DNA of 63,969 bases, the filler included, from Choristocarpus tenellus KU-1152 (taxonomy: Eukaryota; Protista; Phaeophyceae), in NCBI GenBank assembly GCA_964200185.2. It is 7 parts of 7 records of this genome, joined end to end, with 100 filler letters (N's around TTAATTAATTAA, not from the genome) between each part and the next. Parts side by side here need not be neighbours in the genome. Positions count along the whole stretch, not along the records: positions 52,200 to 63,969 come from CAXNAD020002149.1; 6 more parts are not named here. The stretch is one strand, 5' to 3'. Made by a program: the position numbers and the translations under genes. Below, piece after piece: positions 59,928 through 63,969 of this stretch (positions are counted from its first letter, which is position 1; every line of letters begins with the position of its first letter). The notes beneath the pieces are model-generated. The model saw only the letters and a list, made by a program, of their open reading frames with translations, ran no database searches and was not told the DNA's origin.

Positions 59928-62900
59928 TTACTTGATCAATGTCCTAAAGGATAAGGATTCCCACCCACATCCCCAGTCATCCGAACACAATTTACGCAAT
60001 TCTACAAAGTAGAAATAATACACACATTGAAGCACAGCAGCAGCACTGTATGTTAGTGCTACACTACAAGTTGTTTCCACGAAAATATCTTGTTTCATTT
60101 CAGATGGAGCATCATCTAGATGGACCAAAATAATTTCTGTCATTCTAATTCATACCTCTCGTCATGTCAAGCGAGCACCAGCCACAGTTGGTGTGCATAC
60201 AGAGAAGAAAATATAAAATAAAAAGAGCAATTCATGATGAAGATGAAGGCACAGAAGAGGATACGTACATCAAGAGCTTGAGAAAAATATTGTGCTTAGT
60301 ATATACAACAAAATATATATATATATATATGCCTCCTATTATAAAGGAGGGTGATACATGCAGTAACCAAAGGCACACACACATAATGTCTGCAAGGCGA
60401 TGCAAGGGTGACCGGAGTATTATGGTGGTTGGAATATTGCAGAGGATCTATTGTGACCTCTATAGTCTGTCATGAAGCATCAATGCCAATCAGTTTAGGC
60501 AAGGTGCTGTTGCTTGTTGAAGGGCAGCATTCATTTTTTCTAAGAATCATACAGGGGGAAGTATTTCAACAGAACGAGGTAGAACGTCATACATTGCAGT
60601 AAGTGTTGAATGAGATAAGTGAGGCTTGACCTGATACATCCTTGTTGGACTGTACCATACTTTGGGGATGCAGAGAAAATAATCTGAAAATCTGAGTGCG
60701 AAGTCTTCATCAAAGTATTCTCCAATACAACGAGGTACCCATGAGAATATGCTGAATCCCTGCAGAGGTTGTTAAGATATTTTCAAACAAGACCTATCTT
60801 CACTTCAGTGGGCAATCATGCAGATTCCAAGGAGTGAAGTCCAAACTCGGAACTCATGATCTACACAGATTGGGAGGCGTATTCAACCCTTCCACACTAT
60901 GTGGCCTTGACATTGTCATTGGTATTGGTAGATCTATTGGGACCTCCATCTTCAACAATATGACCAGGGCAGCAAACTTGCACTTGCTCCAAAGTAGTAG
61001 GGAGTCAGGACTAGAAATATACTACTCATCATACAGTAATACTACACGTTATGACTGAGAGAGATTGAAAAACAGCACAGAAAAGTACAACCACCTAAAC
61101 ATATGTTGTTCTCCCTCGATGAGAACCTACTCAGAATCGTTCAATGAACTTCAAAGCACAAAATTCTCCTTCCAAGTTTCTCAGTCAGATACATCGTATC
61201 CCTAAAACCCTATAGCTTGTCTAGGAGAACGAGAAGCAAGGGCAAACCATGAAGTACGCAGGAGAAAATCTTCTTCATTCTTTGATCATATATCGACGAT
61301 CCCTCAACACGCGTATCTAGAACTATAGAATCAAAAGAGGGGCTGCTCCTCTTAAATTGCGCAATCCTTTACTACCAAGTTGTCCACAGCTCTCGCAAGT
61401 TATCCAACTGCAGCATCAAGTCTGAGATTTGCTAGAAAGAGTATCACATCTAATTTTGAGGTCACCACAAGTATATCCTTGAAGATTGTTCTTCATTATC
61501 AGCAAGTGTTGGCATGATTGATTTCTTCGTGAGCTTACTGCTCTCCTTGGTTTCAAAGTCACCTACATATGCCAGTGGAGGTCCCTCTTTTTCTATGGGC
61601 TCTTCTTCCTTCATCAACAAACAAACCTCTTCCTGCGAGCGGTGGACTGTTCCTAGAGCCTTGGATGAATATGATATGGTGCAATTCCGCGAAAGACCCA
61701 TCCCAAAGTCCTCTTCCTTCAGGGAGTCCACGCTCGGAACTTTATTCTCCTCTTTCCTTCTATTCCCTTCCAAGATGGGCAGGTATTGCAGCTTTTTGGT
61801 GGACTTTAATCCAGCACTAGAAGCACCGGGTCCAGTTTGTTTGGCCGACAAAGACTTGAAGCTTGCAAAAAAAGTTTTGCCCTCTGAACACCTCTTGAGA
61901 GGGAGGGTTAAGGGTTGTTCCTGTGAGGTACTATCATCTGGTGGAGGATGTGTGCGACCAAACCGTACTGGTTCCTTTTCCAGATATACTATCTTCGCTT
62001 CCCACTAGATCTTGCTCACCTGTCTAGTGGATGGCAAACTCATAATGGTGCCACGGGTCTGAATGGGCATAGCCAGTGGAACGACAAGCCTGAATCGACT
62101 GTGCATAGGAAGCTAGTTCAGTGGAAATAGAGAGCATCGGAGGTTTGGGTTAAGGGGGGTTGTAGACTGCATGTCCTGTGCACATGTATATTCAAAGTTC
62201 AGCCTTTGAGTATATGACTGTACACATCCTCTTCTATACCTCTCATAAATCACCCACGGCATAGATACAGATAAATGAAATTGTGTTAGAATCCTAATTT
62301 AGCTCCAAGACTAAAAACAGTGCTTTGTGTGCTCAACAGCCTGAAAGGTCCTGGAAATGGAATAGCTTCATAACCCACGCAACCAACATTATTTACTCAG
62401 GATATGGGGTAGCTCATGCTTTCCTGAACATGTCAAATTATGGTTGTCATCGAAGACAGGTATCCTCAAAAGAAACGTCACCAATTCACTGATATTAATC
62501 TATACTTTTGCAAAGACCTTGACAGCGTTCATTTGCAATAGTGCATTTGGTGACTGCTCTAAGAAAAATGGTCTACATCATGCCATCATTGAATACATTT
62601 TTCTTTTCTATGGACTACTATACCTTCCTTGCATGCCTCTCTACCCACCTCTTTGTCTGGAAACCTGTCGCGAAAGATGTTGTCATCTGGATTGCTGTAC
62701 TTGTGGAGGCGAGTAAGGCTTGGGGGGTACTTCTCACCACATATTGTCTCTATGTCATTATCCCGAAACTTGTGTCCAGTATCGATGTTCACGTCCCCAA
62801 CCCATTTTCTTGGGTTCACCTGATTTTGAATGACAGGTGAGAGAAAATCATGCACCACTTGTGATGGATCACATGCTATCCATGTATGTTACTCCATGTG

Positions 62901-63500
62901 CATGATTGATGTAGGGGGGAGAGGGGGTGGGTGGGAGGGGCTTTCCACTCTCTGCACAAGGGGAGATATGTTTGTGCTTGTGCGACTGGAAAGTGAGGGC
63001 TATTCTTCTGGGAAGACTGAGCAGCCCCAGAATCAGAGTTTTGTCTCAATATTTTCATTGTGTGTCAGTTCTATGTGACCCACATTGCTATTGTCTTGAG
63101 AAAAAGATGCCCAACAACAAGTCTGCGGGGGAAATTTGACTTGGCCTTGCCAGCACTGGGAGATAGCTATGATAGGCGCCTCAAGGAGATCCCACCTCCA
63201 GGTGGATAGGGGCTGTGTTGGCCCTCTCATCATATCTACCCCAGCTCATTAAACTATCCTTGGTCGCAGCCGTATAAATTCTTTGCATGTCATTGCGATC
63301 CGCGTACTGTATGTCAGGACCTGTGGGGGAGATTAAACCATGGAGGTGCGAATTTTATGGTGGGGAGTCAAGAGTTGAATGTCCTGCATGTGTCCAAGAG
63401 CAGAAGTTTCATTGTACAGAGCTCCAGAGTGGGAATAGATTGAATTGTGCACATCTTTCCATATGATTTAGATGGCTCCAACTTGTAGATGAGCCTTTGG
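59928..63500 (-). CDS. Probable exons of an uncharacterised multi-exon gene (e.g. ~62830-62646 and ~62020-61465); model unresolved
   Basis: Protein-like open frames ending at GT donors (DRFPDKE|GTGG; EEQSSRIYL|GTG). No recognisable domain. Confidence 0.4.
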
Positions 63501-63913
63501 GTGCTATTGTTTACACGTGTAGCCTACCCTTCAGCACGTTTCATGTGGAGGCAGTGGTGTTGTTAGAGGCTACAAACTCACCTATTTCCTTGGCCTTCTC
63601 CCGTGGACGGAGAAAATACTTGGGCCTCTCCCATATAGGATGCTTTAAGCGTCCTCTGATTTTAGCCTGACATAAGATGCTAATGTACATCAGTGCTGCT
63701 GTTGTAGAAAACTTGATATTCTAGTCTTTGAAGAAGAAAGAATATGCTTCTATCAGTTGCATCAGCATCCTTTCCCCCTTCACAGCCCACAACAAGAGAG
63801 AAGCACTTTCCGATCGACAAAGAAAATGACATAGTTCTGTGGAACATGTGTAAGGACGATGGTCACCAGTGCCTGCCCATAAATCCATTTTTCTGACTGG
63901 CACAACTATCTCA

Positions 63914-63969
63914 GACTAAAAGTATCTGGGAGGGGGTGGCGGCTGTCCATTTGGGGTCAATTTTTTCAT
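63914..63969 (+). mobile_element. MITE family B left end, cut by the window end
   Basis: AAAGTATCTGGGAGGGGGTGGCGGCTGTCCATTTGGGGTCAA matches 26945 onward. Confidence 0.85.

Overview
This is eukaryotic nuclear DNA with many introns and moderate GC. Gene structure suggests a stramenopile, possibly a brown alga, but that is inference. The window is seven unrelated contigs joined by artificial 100-bp spacers (44 N + TTAATTAATTAA + 44 N), so neighbourhood across spacers means nothing. Genes that can be reconstructed by hand: a 4-exon MFS transporter, the 3' part of a coiled-coil protein gene, two exons of a C2-domain gene, a nearly intronless ankyrin + JMJD8-like JmjC gene, a divergent DUF4140/DUF4139 and exportin-T pair, an anoctamin (TMEM16) gene with an unusual predicted signal peptide plus extra TM helix, and part of an uncharacterised gene. 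Intergenic and intronic DNA is full of mobile remnants. These include two MITE families sharing one terminal inverted repeat (4-bp TSD, Sola2-like), a solo LTR nested in a MITE, a CRE-like RT pseudogene and a decayed putative transposase. The most notable observations are (1) contig 4 (22813-34905) starts and ends with the same 127 bp, implying a ~12-kb circle or collapsed tandem unit carrying the ankyrin-JmjC gene, and (2) a ~135-bp Rickettsiales-like recF fragment sits inside an anoctamin intron. No CRISPR array, rRNA or intact tRNA was seen.
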